DNA of 64,000 nucleotides from NCBI RefSeq assembly GCF_055900595.2, contig NZ_CM148325.1; one strand, 5' to 3'. Shown piece by piece: positions 28,198 to 39,681 of this stretch (position 1 is its first letter; each line of letters starts with the position of its first letter). The notes under the pieces were generated by a model. It saw only the letters and a program-made list of their open reading frames with translations, ran no database searches and was not told where the DNA came from. The position numbers and the translations under genes were made by a program.

Positions 28198-30020
28198 ACA
28201 GTCTGATTTCCCTGCGGGTTGATCGGTAAAATAAGCGTGAAGGTTGCGCCGTAGCCCGGCAAACTGGCGACGCGAATATCACCCTGATGGGCATTAATGA
28301 TGCGTTGACTTAACGCCAGACCAAGCCCGGTTCCTGAGGCTTTGGTAGTGAAAAAGGGATCGAAGATCTTTTTTTGCAGCGAGAGATCAATGCCACTCCC
28401 GTTGTCCTCTATCGAAATGGCCTGTTGTGAGTCGCTATACTGCCAGGTTCGAATGCGAATTTTCCCTCGTGCACTGATAGCCTGGACGGCATTGATCAGG
28501 ATATTCAGTAGTACCTGTTTGAGCAGTTCACGATCGGCGTTAATCGGGCTTAATTCATTATCCAGTTCGCTTATGAAGTCGACCCGCGCTTGTACGCCGG
28601 CGGTTTGTACCAGTACCAGAGTTTCTTCAACCAATGCATTGAGGCTGACTTGTTGCCATTGACTGTGGCGTGGGCGTGAAAATTCGAGCAATTGCTGAAT
28701 AACTTTGTTAATTGAATCGATTTCTTTGAGTACTACGGACAGATATTCCTGATGTATTGGGTCACTGGTTTGTTGGCGCAAGATCTGTACATAACCACGA
28801 ATAGCCGTTAACGGATTACGTACTTCATGCGCCACGCCAGCCATCAGCTCACCCAGTGTGGCGAGGCGTTCTGCTTGCGCCATGCGGCGCTGGGTTTCTT
28901 TGCGGGCAGTTAAATCAGAGAAAATCACCAAAGCACCTATCATTTCACCGTGCGTGTTATGAATACGACTGGTAGTGACACTGAGTTCAATGGTGCGGTC
29001 ACGGCCTGGAAAACTGATCTCCAGCGCCACATGTTCGGTGCCATGTTCCAGCGTATCCAGTACTGGACTGTAGAACTGAGTATTGTCGAACAACATGGAG
29101 TAAGGCTGCCCTACCAGTTCATGACGTTGATAGCCAGTGATGACTTCTGCTGCCGGGTTCATGGTGGTTACATCACCCTGGCGGTCAATGGCAATGACGC
29201 CATCGGCAGCGTTTTCAATAATCAGATCGTTAAGTGTTCGCGTTTCACGCAGTGCCTGGGCGAGGTTGTTGACACTCTGACTAATTTGCCCCATTTCACC
29301 GGGCAATTGTGGTAATCGAGTGGGAATATTTTGCGCCAGAGTCGCGAGACCATCGGTGATGATATCTATATTGGCGCTCAGGCGACGGGAGAAAAGGACA
29401 ATCAACAGCAGGCTTATCAGCAAACCGGCGGTGAGCACAATGATAATCCTCACATCCATTTTCCAGGCCTGGCGGCGAATATCTTCGGTTAATTCATTGG
29501 CCCAGATATAACCGAGGATTTCACCATTACGCTCAATGGGGATCATTGAATTCAAAATATCGCCGCGCACCTGCCTGCCTGAATAAATCAAAGTAGTATT
29601 TGTACGCATGACTTCGCGACCAGGGTGATCTGCGGCAATAGTAACGCCCACATTATTCTGATACAGCGCTGAAGGCGCGTAAGTGATTATCGCATCCAGC
29701 GTTTTGTTGTAATAACCAGCGCCTATGCCAGGAAAGGCGTGAGTGATATTTTCAGTAATGGGAGCAAGTTCTGCATTCAGTGCGTGGATTCGCTCCTCAC
29801 GTGGTAAGTCGTTGTAGAGATCGTAGCGATCGCCTAGCGCCTGATTAAGCAGGTTGACCACGGCAGAAAGTTTTTTCTCTTTTTCAGATAAGACTGCTGA
29901 ACGTCCTTCCGTTTCTACGATATAACCAATAGTAAGCGTTGGGACAATGACCATCAGGATTGCCATCAGGATCATTTGATTGCGTAAGCGGCGTGGATAA
30001 ATCCACTTCATATAATGCAT
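28194..30020 (-). CDS. atoS: Sensor histidine kinase AtoS
   Basis: ORF trimmed to start MHYMKWIYPRRL (608 aa); two TM segments, PAS domain, HisKA H-box (HEVRNPL) and ATPase domain; ATGA overlap with atoC. Confidence 0.9.
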   Translation of the reverse strand: MHYMKWIYPRRLRNQMILMAILMVIVPTLTIGYIVETEGRSAVLSEKEKKLSAVVNLLNQALGDRYDLYNDLPREERIHALNAELAPITENITHAFPGIGAGYYNKTLDAIITYAPSALYQNNVGVTIAADHPGREVMRTNTTLIYSGRQVRGDILNSMIPIERNGEILGYIWANELTEDIRRQAWKMDVRIIIVLTAGLLISLLLIVLFSRRLSANIDIITDGLATLAQNIPTRLPQLPGEMGQISQSVNNLAQALRETRTLNDLIIENAADGVIAIDRQGDVTTMNPAAEVITGYQRHELVGQPYSMLFDNTQFYSPVLDTLEHGTEHVALEISFPGRDRTIELSVTTSRIHNTHGEMIGALVIFSDLTARKETQRRMAQAERLATLGELMAGVAHEVRNPLTAIRGYVQILRQQTSDPIHQEYLSVVLKEIDSINKVIQQLLEFSRPRHSQWQQVSLNALVEETLVLVQTAGVQARVDFISELDNELSPINADRELLKQVLLNILINAVQAISARGKIRIRTWQYSDSQQAISIEDNGSGIDLSLQKKIFDPFFTTKASGTGLGLALSQRIINAHQGDIRVASLPGYGATFTLILPINPQGNQTV

Positions 30021-30186
30021 GCTGAATCCCACTAGTCTTGTCCGGTATATGACGATTATCAGAGGTTAAGGTGATGATTTCTCGGCGGTGTATCATATTC
30101 CAGAGAAGAGAGAACATTGCGGTAACACGCTTTTACCGCTACCTTAACCACACTCCATCGGTCACCTGAGGCGGAGCTTCGCCCCT

Positions 30187-33036
30187 TTGAAATACCTTGC
30201 TTCTTTTCGTACAACCCTGAAAGCCTCGCGCTACATGTTCAGAGCATTGGCGTTAGTGCTCTGGCTGTTGATTGCTTTTTCATCCGTTTTTTACATCGTT
30301 AATGCGTTGCATCAGCGAGAATCGGAAATTCGTCAGGAATTTAATCTGAGTTCCGATCAGGCTCAGCGCTTTATTCAACGCACCTCTGATGTGATGAAAG
30401 AGCTGAAGTACATAGCTGAAAATCGCTTATCGGCAGAAAACGGTGTGCTTTCGCCGCGTGGACGAGAAACGCAGGCAGATGTGCCTGTGTTTGAACCACT
30501 GTTTGCCGACTCCGATTGTTCCGCAATGAGTAACACCTGGCGAGGTTCTCTGGAGTCATTGGCGTGGTTTATGCGCTACTGGCGCGATAATTTCTCTGCG
30601 GCTTACGATCTCAACCGGGTATTTTTAATCGGCAGCGATAACCTCTGCATGGCCAATTTCGGTCTACGTGATATGCCAGTGGAACGCGATACCGCATTGA
30701 AAGCTTTGCATGAACGCATCAATAAATATCGAAATGCACCACAAGATGATAGCGGCAGTAACCTCTACTGGATCAGCGAAGGTCCGCGCCCTGGCGTCGG
30801 GTATTTTTACGCCTTGACGCCAGTTTATCTGGCGAACCGGTTGCAGGCGCTTTTAGGTGTCGAGCAGACTATCAGGATGGAGAACTTCTTCTTACCTGGT
30901 ACATTGCCGATGGGGGTAACCATTCTTGATGAAAATGGTCATACCCTGATTTCGCTTACCGGACCGGAAAGCAAGATTAAGAGCGATCCTCGCTGGATGC
31001 AGGAACGTTCCTGGTTTGGCTATACGGAAGGGTTCCGGGAACTGGTGCTGAAGAAAAACCTGCCACCTTCATCGTTAAGCATCGTCTATTCGGTGCCGGT
31101 TGATAAGGTGCTGGAGCGCATTCGCATGTTGATCCTTAACGCGATTTTGCTGAATGTGCTTGCCGGAGCCGCGTTGTTTACTCTCGCACGGATGTACGAG
31201 CGGCGTATATTCATTCCTGCGGAAAGCGACGCCCTGCGACTGGAAGAGCATGAGCAGTTTAATCGCAAGATTGTCGCCTCCGCGCCAGTGGGTATCTGCA
31301 TTTTGCGTACCGCTGATGGTGTTAATATTTTAAGTAACGAACTTGCGCATACCTATCTCAATATGCTTACGCATGAGGATCGCCAACGACTGACGCAAAT
31401 TATCTGTGGTCAGCAGGTCAATTTTGTTGATGTCCTGACCAGCAACAATACCAATCTGCAAATCAGCTTCGTCCATTCGCGCTATCGTAATGAAAACGTG
31501 GCTATTTGTGTGCTGGTGGATGTTTCTTCGCGCGTGAAGATGGAAGAGTCGTTGCAGGAGATGGCACAAGCAGCGGAACAGGCGAGTCAGTCAAAATCGA
31601 TGTTCCTTGCCACCGTCAGTCATGAGCTGCGAACGCCGCTGTATGGCATTATCGGTAACCTGGATCTGTTGCAAACCAAAGAGCTGCCAAAAGGCGTCGA
31701 TCGTCTGGTGACGGCAATGAACAACTCTTCCAGCCTGTTGTTGAAAATTATCAGCGATATTCTCGATTTCTCGAAAATTGAATCAGAACAGTTGAAGATC
31801 GAACCGCGTGAGTTTTCACCGCGTGAAGTGATGAACCACATCACCGCCAACTATTTACCGCTGGTGGTACGCAAGCAGCTAGGCTTGTACTGCTTTATTG
31901 AACCGGATGTGCCAGTGGCCTTAAATGGCGACCCAATGCGTTTACAGCAGGTCATCTCCAACCTGTTGAGTAACGCCATAAAATTCACCGATACCGGCTG
32001 TATAGTTCTGCATGTTCGCGCTGATGGCGATTATCTCTCTATCCGTGTGCGTGATACGGGGGTGGGGATTCCGGCGAAAGAAGTGGTGCGCTTGTTTGAT
32101 CCCTTCTTCCAGGTCGGCACGGGCGTACAGCGTAACTTCCAGGGGACCGGTCTGGGGCTGGCGATTTGTGAAAAACTGATCAGCATGATGGACGGCGACA
32201 TCTCGGTAGATTCAGAACCGGGAATGGGCAGCCAGTTTACCGTGCGTATTCCGTTGTACGGCGCTCAGTACCCGCAGAAAAAAGGCGTGGAAGGGTTGAG
32301 TGGTAAACGCTGCTGGCTGGCGGTCCGCAATGCGTCGCTCTGTCAGTTCCTGGAAACCAGTTTGCAGCGTAGCGGCATCGTCGTTACAACATACGAAGGG
32401 CAGGAACCGACTCCCGAAGATGTGTTAATCACTGACGAGGTAGTGAGCAAAAAATGGCAGGGTAGAGCGGTAGTGACCTTCTGTCGTCGCCATATTGGTA
32501 TTCCGCTGGAGAAAGCGCCAGGGGAGTGGGTACACAGTGTGGCTGCACCGCATGAGCTACCGGCATTGTTGGCGCGTATTTATTTGATCGAGATGGAGAG
32601 CGATGATCCTGCTAACGCTCTGCCGTCGACGGACAAAGCGGTCAGCGATAACGACGATATGATGATTCTGGTCGTGGATGATCATCCGATTAACCGGCGT
32701 CTGCTTGCAGATCAGTTGGGATCGTTGGGCTATCAATGTAAAACCGCGAATGATGGCGTCGATGCGCTTAATGTACTTAGCAAGAATCATATTGATATCG
32801 TGCTTAGCGACGTCAACATGCCAAATATGGATGGTTACCGCTTGACGCAACGCATTCGTCAGTTGGGGCTGACGTTGCCGGTAATCGGAGTAACTGCTAA
32901 TGCGCTGGCTGAAGAGAAGCAGCGGTGTCTGGAGTCCGGTATGGACAGTTGCCTGTCGAAGCCGGTAACGCTGGATGTTATAAAACAGACACTGACGGTA
33001 TATGCCGAGAGGGTCAGGAAATCGCGGGAATCGTAG
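30187..33036 (+). CDS. rcsC: Hybrid sensor kinase RcsC of the Rcs envelope-stress phosphorelay
   Basis: 949-aa ORF MKYLASFRTTLKASRYMFRALALVLWLL...; H-box SHELRTPL, ATPase domain, C-terminal receiver domain (LVVDDHPINRRLL). Confidence 0.97.
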   Translation: MKYLASFRTTLKASRYMFRALALVLWLLIAFSSVFYIVNALHQRESEIRQEFNLSSDQAQRFIQRTSDVMKELKYIAENRLSAENGVLSPRGRETQADVPVFEPLFADSDCSAMSNTWRGSLESLAWFMRYWRDNFSAAYDLNRVFLIGSDNLCMANFGLRDMPVERDTALKALHERINKYRNAPQDDSGSNLYWISEGPRPGVGYFYALTPVYLANRLQALLGVEQTIRMENFFLPGTLPMGVTILDENGHTLISLTGPESKIKSDPRWMQERSWFGYTEGFRELVLKKNLPPSSLSIVYSVPVDKVLERIRMLILNAILLNVLAGAALFTLARMYERRIFIPAESDALRLEEHEQFNRKIVASAPVGICILRTADGVNILSNELAHTYLNMLTHEDRQRLTQIICGQQVNFVDVLTSNNTNLQISFVHSRYRNENVAICVLVDVSSRVKMEESLQEMAQAAEQASQSKSMFLATVSHELRTPLYGIIGNLDLLQTKELPKGVDRLVTAMNNSSSLLLKIISDILDFSKIESEQLKIEPREFSPREVMNHITANYLPLVVRKQLGLYCFIEPDVPVALNGDPMRLQQVISNLLSNAIKFTDTGCIVLHVRADGDYLSIRVRDTGVGIPAKEVVRLFDPFFQVGTGVQRNFQGTGLGLAICEKLISMMDGDISVDSEPGMGSQFTVRIPLYGAQYPQKKGVEGLSGKRCWLAVRNASLCQFLETSLQRSGIVVTTYEGQEPTPEDVLITDEVVSKKWQGRAVVTFCRRHIGIPLEKAPGEWVHSVAAPHELPALLARIYLIEMESDDPANALPSTDKAVSDNDDMMILVVDDHPINRRLLADQLGSLGYQCKTANDGVDALNVLSKNHIDIVLSDVNMPNMDGYRLTQRIRQLGLTLPVIGVTANALAEEKQRCLESGMDSCLSKPVTLDVIKQTLTVYAERVRKSRES

Positions 33037-33232
33037 GCTTATAAGACATTTACGCCGCATCTGGCATTCAGTGCAAATGCCAGACGCGACGCTGGTGCGT
33101 CTTATCTGGCCTACTTTGTTGTAATCCATTGAAATAATGGGAATCGTAGGCCGGATGAGGCGTTTACGCCGCATCCGGCATTCAGTGCAAATGCCAGATG
33201 CGACGCTGACGCGTCTTATCTGGCCTACAGAT
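33030..33232. repeat. REP/BIME cluster between convergent rcsC and rcsB
   Basis: Two copies of an approximately 95-bp unit (...tacgccgcatc(c/t)ggcattcagtgcaaatgccaga(c/t)gcgacgctg.cgcgtcttatctggcctac); they generate the spurious ORF 32557-33174. Confidence 0.55.
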
Positions 33233-33234
33233 GA

Positions 33235-33885
33235 TTAGTCTTTATCTGCCGGACTTAAGGTCACAGAAGAGAGATAATTCAGCAGAGCGATATCGTTCTC
33301 GACACCCAGTTTCATCATCGCAGATTTCTTCTGGCTACTGATGGTTTTAATACTGCGGTTCAGCTTTTTAGCGATCTCGGTCACCAGGAAACCTTCCGCA
33401 AACAGGCGCAGAACTTCACTCTCTTTTGGCGAGAGACGCTTGTCACCATAACCGCCAGCACTGATTTTTTCTAACAGGCGAGAAACGCTTTCCGGGGTAA
33501 ATTTCTTCCCTTTCTGCAGCGCGGCGAGAGCTTTCGGCAGATCGGTCGGTGCACCTTGTTTCAGCACGATCCCTTCGATATCCAGATCCAATACCGCACT
33601 AAGAATCGCCGGGTTGTTGTTCATGGTCAGAACGATGATCGACAGGCTTGGGAAATGGCGCTTGATGTACTTGATTAAGGTAATTCCATCGCCGTACTTA
33701 TCGCCGGGCATGGAGAGATCGGTAATCAACACATGCGCATCCAGTTTCGGCAGGTTGTTGATCAGTGCTGTAGAGTCTTCAAATTCGCCGACAACATTCA
33801 CCCACTCAATTTGCTCAAGTGATTTGCGAATACCGAACAAGACTATCGGATGGTCATCGGCAATAATTACGTTCATATTGTTCAT
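33235..33885 (-). CDS. rcsB: Response regulator RcsB (LuxR/FixJ family)
   Basis: Start taken at MNNMNVIIADDHPIVLFGIRKSL (216 aa); the track ORF has a 15-codon upstream extension. Confidence 0.97.
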   Translation of the reverse strand: MNNMNVIIADDHPIVLFGIRKSLEQIEWVNVVGEFEDSTALINNLPKLDAHVLITDLSMPGDKYGDGITLIKYIKRHFPSLSIIVLTMNNNPAILSAVLDLDIEGIVLKQGAPTDLPKALAALQKGKKFTPESVSRLLEKISAGGYGDKRLSPKESEVLRLFAEGFLVTEIAKKLNRSIKTISSQKKSAMMKLGVENDIALLNYLSSVTLSPADKD

Positions 33886-33901
33886 GTAATAGGCTACCTT
33901 G

Positions 33902-36574
33902 CTACAGCAAGCTCTTGACATAACTGTCAATGTCGCTGATGTATTTTTCTATTCCTGGAACATCCTTCTCACGAATCAGATGTTCCAGCGTTTCACATAA
34001 CTGCTTGCCGGGTACCAGATTTAGCATGGCAAATACGCCTTTAAGACGATGAGCCGTTTGGGCTAACGCAGCAAAGTCACTGGTTGCTGCTTCAGTATAC
34101 AGCCTCTTAACATCATCCGGTACTGTGTCTACAAAGAGCGCATAATAGCCGCTGGCATGGAGTTGCGCATTTTCATCTCCGCCCAGAGGCGATTCTGTCA
34201 CCTCTTCCTGCGCCAGTTGCACTTCAATTAATTGTAAGACCGCTTCCTGCATAGCGTTGCTCATATTGAAGTTGACGCACAATTGACCAGGCCCAATTTC
34301 CCGTACGCCAGACTCATCATCGCTTAAAAGCAAGCCAGAGGCAGTAAGATTAGACGGATTATCCGTTAAAAAGATATCATAATCTTGACTAATTAATCTT
34401 TCATCGGGTGTGATACAGGTTGCACCCCAATTTTCTAACTGGCGAGTGACAATATTCCGAATTTCTGCCGAAGTAACATCCACCATTATGCAGACATCAT
34501 CCAGTAATCGTTCTTCTTCCTCTTCAACTTCCGGGTCAGCTGCGAGCATTTTGATATGCACAGAGTAGCGTGTACCAAGCCCATCCCGCGTTTTGATGTT
34601 TAAATGACCGCCCAGTTTACGCGCCAGTTGATCGCTCAGCCAGAATGCCAGCGGGTCCGCCTTGCCAAAGCGATCGTTTTGGGTCTGGTTGATAAACGGG
34701 AAGTGCAAATTATCCATTTCATGAATGCTTACGCCTTCTCCGGTGTCCAGAATGCGGAACGTCAGGCGGTCTTCGGAGGACTCATCCTGATCAACCTCAA
34801 GGGTGATTTTTCCCAATTGCGTTGAGGTCACGGCATATTGCATCAGTAGTAGCAAAATACGTCGTAAGGCATCGCGATCGCCGCGGCGCATATCGTGTGC
34901 TTTCAGATGATTGTTAATCAGCAGTTGCAGACCTTTACGCTTGATGGCAGGCAATACTGAAGGCACAACTTCATCAATCAAATCCTGCACGGAGAACAGC
35001 TCCGTCTCACTTTTCCAGCTATCGTCCGCAAGCATATTCGCTAACTGTATTTCATCGACCAGCCGCACCAGCACATCTGCCTGATTCGCCAGTTGTTTGC
35101 CTTCCGGGGCGTTGAGTTTAGCCGCGCTCTCCGCCAGGGACTGTGCGGGTTCTTTCAGCGCATCACCAATGTTTTTCATAAAGGTCATCCGCCCCTGCTG
35201 GTTTTTCTCATACAGACGCTGCGCCTGCTTGAGTTTCTTGTTTACCAGCACTTCGCGATCCTGATCGCGAATAATGAAAATTTGTGTGCGCGGCGCAACC
35301 TGGCTGCGGAACATGCGGATCTCATACAGCTCGTTATTGATCGTCGCCTGAATAATCCCCTGATGCTGTTCCGCCATGGTGGTGATGTTTTGCAGATTCA
35401 AATGCGGCAGCAAATGATCGGCAATTTTGTTACTTATGACAGTGCGGTTCGATTCCTGATCGTGAACCAGCAGGCCGAGCGGCAGCAGTGAGACTATCTC
35501 TTCATTAATTGCCCGTAAAATGCGCAATTCGTTATTGACCGCCGTGCTGGGGACGCTTTCTGTACTGCGGCTGGAGAAATGGCGGAATGTGGTATAGCCA
35601 AATAACGCCAGCGCCAGCAAACCGATGTTCAGCAGCAGTGGCAGCAGAATGTTTTGCAACGTATCCAGCAATAAGGTGCCATAAGGAACCTGCCAGACCA
35701 GGCGCATATCGGTAGAGTTGAGTGCCGAGGAGATTTCAATCTTCGTACTGTTAAAGTGGATACTGACGCTATCCGTCCCTTCTTTCTCATTTTCATTGTT
35801 TCCCGTTGCCGTCGCGTCTGGCTCAAGGCGGAAACTGTCCAGCGGCATACCCGGTGGGATCAAATCATTAATCGGCAGATCAAAAGCAACGACCGTTGCC
35901 AGATGTCCCGGCTGGTTGAACGTGGTACGCAAGGTAAAGTAATGACCGTTCTGCCAGGCCAGGCGGCGCAGGTTAGAAAAACTTTCGCGTTCATCGAGGG
36001 CGTTGGCCTGTTGCAACATCTCTGCACGACGTGAATCAACAATGTCGCTGACGGTCGATTCTTTAAATCCGGAGGTGAGATCTTTGAGGGGCAGGGTCGA
36101 GATCAGCACCAGACTGTTATCCTGACCATTCAGGTAATACATCGACCACGGTATATTTTCTGCGCCCCACAATGTGTCCAGATAGGTGGACATCCGTTGA
36201 GTCATCTCAAGCGTTGAGTTGTCGTGAGAGCCAAAGATTAACGCTTCCGTTTTGCGGCGTGGTTTTTCCAGATAGTAGACATCCTGTTTCAGGCGCGTCT
36301 CTTGTAAACCTTCGCCGGAGGAGGGGGAAGTCGTCGCGGCAATGTTGTCGTAGATCTGCCAGGTCACGTAACGCCAGGTATCGACGCGCTTTTGGATTGC
36401 GTGGGTAATGTCGACAATCTGGTAACTTTTATCTTTCAGCCAGGCGTTAACGGCGCTTTGTACCATTACACCCATCGTCACCAGTAACACAATGATCAAC
36501 AGTAAAAAGAAGCGGGTAATGCTCCCCGGTAGGAGTGAAAAGCGGGTCGTGGCCGTTGTCTCTTTCTGACGCAT
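33902..36574 (-). CDS. rcsD: Phosphotransfer intermediate protein RcsD (YojN)
   Basis: 890-aa ORF with N-terminal TM/periplasmic region, degenerate kinase-like core and C-terminal HPt domain; located between rcsB and micF. Confidence 0.95.
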   Translation of the reverse strand: MRQKETTATTRFSLLPGSITRFFLLLIIVLLVTMGVMVQSAVNAWLKDKSYQIVDITHAIQKRVDTWRYVTWQIYDNIAATTSPSSGEGLQETRLKQDVYYLEKPRRKTEALIFGSHDNSTLEMTQRMSTYLDTLWGAENIPWSMYYLNGQDNSLVLISTLPLKDLTSGFKESTVSDIVDSRRAEMLQQANALDERESFSNLRRLAWQNGHYFTLRTTFNQPGHLATVVAFDLPINDLIPPGMPLDSFRLEPDATATGNNENEKEGTDSVSIHFNSTKIEISSALNSTDMRLVWQVPYGTLLLDTLQNILLPLLLNIGLLALALFGYTTFRHFSSRSTESVPSTAVNNELRILRAINEEIVSLLPLGLLVHDQESNRTVISNKIADHLLPHLNLQNITTMAEQHQGIIQATINNELYEIRMFRSQVAPRTQIFIIRDQDREVLVNKKLKQAQRLYEKNQQGRMTFMKNIGDALKEPAQSLAESAAKLNAPEGKQLANQADVLVRLVDEIQLANMLADDSWKSETELFSVQDLIDEVVPSVLPAIKRKGLQLLINNHLKAHDMRRGDRDALRRILLLLMQYAVTSTQLGKITLEVDQDESSEDRLTFRILDTGEGVSIHEMDNLHFPFINQTQNDRFGKADPLAFWLSDQLARKLGGHLNIKTRDGLGTRYSVHIKMLAADPEVEEEEERLLDDVCIMVDVTSAEIRNIVTRQLENWGATCITPDERLISQDYDIFLTDNPSNLTASGLLLSDDESGVREIGPGQLCVNFNMSNAMQEAVLQLIEVQLAQEEVTESPLGGDENAQLHASGYYALFVDTVPDDVKRLYTEAATSDFAALAQTAHRLKGVFAMLNLVPGKQLCETLEHLIREKDVPGIEKYISDIDSYVKSLL

Positions 36575-36886
36575 TCGTGTTTATGACCTGTTAAAACTTC
36601 GCGAAGTGATAGGGCAGTATAAAGGGTACAGTGTGAAATTCCAGACTCTTACCTGATTGATGATTCTCTATTCTCCCGTGATATTTATCATCCTGCATTG
36701 GGGGAAATAGATGTACAAGCGCCATTTTGCTGTACAAATAACCTACAAAAAGCCTAACGAAATTAATTGCAAATAAACGAAGATTGCTGGAAATTATGCT
36801 GATGTTAATTATTTGTGAAATAGTTAACAAGCGTTATAGTTTTTCTGTGGTAGCACAGAATAATGAAAATTGTGTAAAGAAGGGTA

Positions 36887-36979
36887 AAAAAAAACCGGAT
36901 GCGAGGCATCCGGTTGAAATAGGGGTAAACAGACATTCAGAAATGAATGACGGTAATAAATAAAGTTAATGATGATAGC
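36887..36979 (-). ncRNA. micF: MicF antisense small RNA (translational repressor of ompF mRNA)
   Basis: Reverse complement reads GCTATCATCATTAACTTTATTTATTACCGTCATTCATTTCTGAATGTCTGTTTACCCCTATTTCAACCGGATGCCTCGCATCCGGTTTTTTTTT, the canonical micF sequence with its terminator hairpin and U-tail; divergent from ompC. Confidence 0.85.
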
Positions 36980-37134
36980 GGGAGATATTCTAGTTGCGAG
37001 TGAAGGTTTTGTTTTGACATTCAGTGCTGTCAAATACTTAAGAATAAGTTATTGATTTTAACCTTGAATTATTATTGCTTGATGTTAGGTGCTTATTTCG
37101 CCATTCCGCAATAATCTTAAAAAGTTCCCTTGTA

Positions 37135-37200
37135 TTTACATTCTGAAACATCTATAGCGATAAATGAAACATCTTAAAAGTTTTAGTATCATATTCGTGT
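37135..37200 (+). promoter_or_regulatory. ompC promoter with OmpR-binding sites (C1-C3 region)
   Basis: tttacattctgaaacatcta (37135-37154) matches the OmpR-box consensus (TTTACATTTTGAAACATCTA-like); further gaaacatctt-like half-sites follow; upstream of the ompC 5' UTR. Confidence 0.5.
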
Positions 37201-37298
37201 TGGATTATTCTGCATTTTTGGGGAGAATGGACTTGCCGACTGATTAATGAGGGTTAATCAGTATGCAGTGGCATAAAAAAGCAAATAAAGGCATATAA

Positions 37299-38441
<1,143 letters not shown>

Positions 38442-38459
38442 TCTCGATTGATATCGAAC

Positions 38460-38483
38460 AAAGGGCCTGCGGGCCCTTTTTTC
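38460..38483 (+). terminator. Rho-independent terminator of ompC
   Basis: aaagggcc-tgcg-ggcccttt hairpin followed by tttt, 20 nt after the ompC stop. Confidence 0.6.
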
Positions 38484-38552
38484 ATTGTTTTCAGCGTACA
38501 AACACAGTTTTTTGGTGTACTCTTGCGACCGTTCGCATGAGGATAATCACGT

Positions 38553-39608
38553 ATGGAAATAAGCTTTACCCGCGTGGCACTGCTGGCTGCCGTGCTCTTC
38601 TTTGTTGGTTGCGATCAAAAACCACAACCCGCCAAAACCCACGCTATTGAAGTTACCGTTCTCGAAGGCAAAACCATGGGTACCTTCTGGCGTGCCAGCA
38701 TTCCGGGCATTGACGCCAAACGCAGTGCCGGACTTAAAGAAAAGATTCAGACCCAGCTGGACGCTGACGATCAGCTGCTTTCGACCTATAAAAAAGATTC
38801 CGCGCTGATGCGATTTAACGACTCGCAAAGTTTATCGCCGTGGCCGGTAAGTGAAGCGATGGCCGATATCGTCACTACCTCGCTGCGCATTGGCGCAAGG
38901 ACCGATGGTGCGATGGATATAACCGTCGGGCCGCTGGTGAATCTGTGGGGCTTTGGCCCGGAACAACAGCCGGTTCAAATTCCGAGCCAGGAACAGATCG
39001 ATGCGATGAAAGCCAAAACCGGCTTACAGCACCTGACGGTCATTAATCAGTCGCATCAGCAATATCTGCAAAAAGACCTGCCGGAATTATATGTCGATCT
39101 CTCCACCGTCGGCGAAGGCTATGCGGCGGATCATCTGGCACGCTTGATGGAGCAGGAAGGGATTTCCCGCTATCTGGTGTCGGTGGGCGGCGCGCTGAAC
39201 AGCCGTGGTATGAACGGTGAAGGCCAGCCGTGGCGGGTAGCGATTCAAAAACCAACCGATAAAGAAAACGCGGTTCAGGCCGTGGTGGATATCAACGGTC
39301 ATGGCATTAGCACCTCTGGCAGCTACCGTAACTATTACGAACTGGACGGCAAACGTCTTTCCCATGTTATCGATCCGCAAACCGGGCGTCCCATCGAACA
39401 CAATCTGGTATCCGTGACGGTGATTGCCCCGACGGCGCTGGAAGCCGATGCCTGGGATACTGGCTTAATGGTACTCGGGCCGGAGAAAGCCAAAGAGGTT
39501 GTTCGCCGGGAAGGGCTGGCGGTTTATATGATCACCAAAGAGGGCGATAGCTTTAAAACCTGGATGTCGCCGCAGTTTAAAAGCTTCCTTATCAGCGAAA
39601 AAAATTAA
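38553..39608 (+). CDS. apbE: FAD:protein FMN transferase ApbE (flavin-transferase lipoprotein)
   Basis: 351-aa ORF with lipoprotein signal (LAAVLFFVGC); recognised ApbE. Confidence 0.93.
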   Translation: MEISFTRVALLAAVLFFVGCDQKPQPAKTHAIEVTVLEGKTMGTFWRASIPGIDAKRSAGLKEKIQTQLDADDQLLSTYKKDSALMRFNDSQSLSPWPVSEAMADIVTTSLRIGARTDGAMDITVGPLVNLWGFGPEQQPVQIPSQEQIDAMKAKTGLQHLTVINQSHQQYLQKDLPELYVDLSTVGEGYAADHLARLMEQEGISRYLVSVGGALNSRGMNGEGQPWRVAIQKPTDKENAVQAVVDINGHGISTSGSYRNYYELDGKRLSHVIDPQTGRPIEHNLVSVTVIAPTALEADAWDTGLMVLGPEKAKEVVRREGLAVYMITKEGDSFKTWMSPQFKSFLISEKN

Positions 39609-39681
39609 AGCGCAAGATTGTTGGTTTTTGCGTGATGGTGACCGGGCAGACTAAAGGCTATCCTTAACCAGGGAGCTGATT

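Noticed and set aside
33037-33232. Repeats between rcsC and rcsB considered as a possible CRISPR-like or terminator array
   Set aside because: The units are REP palindromes of the standard gcctgatgcgacgct/gccggatgcggcg family, with no spacer-repeat periodicity of CRISPR type.
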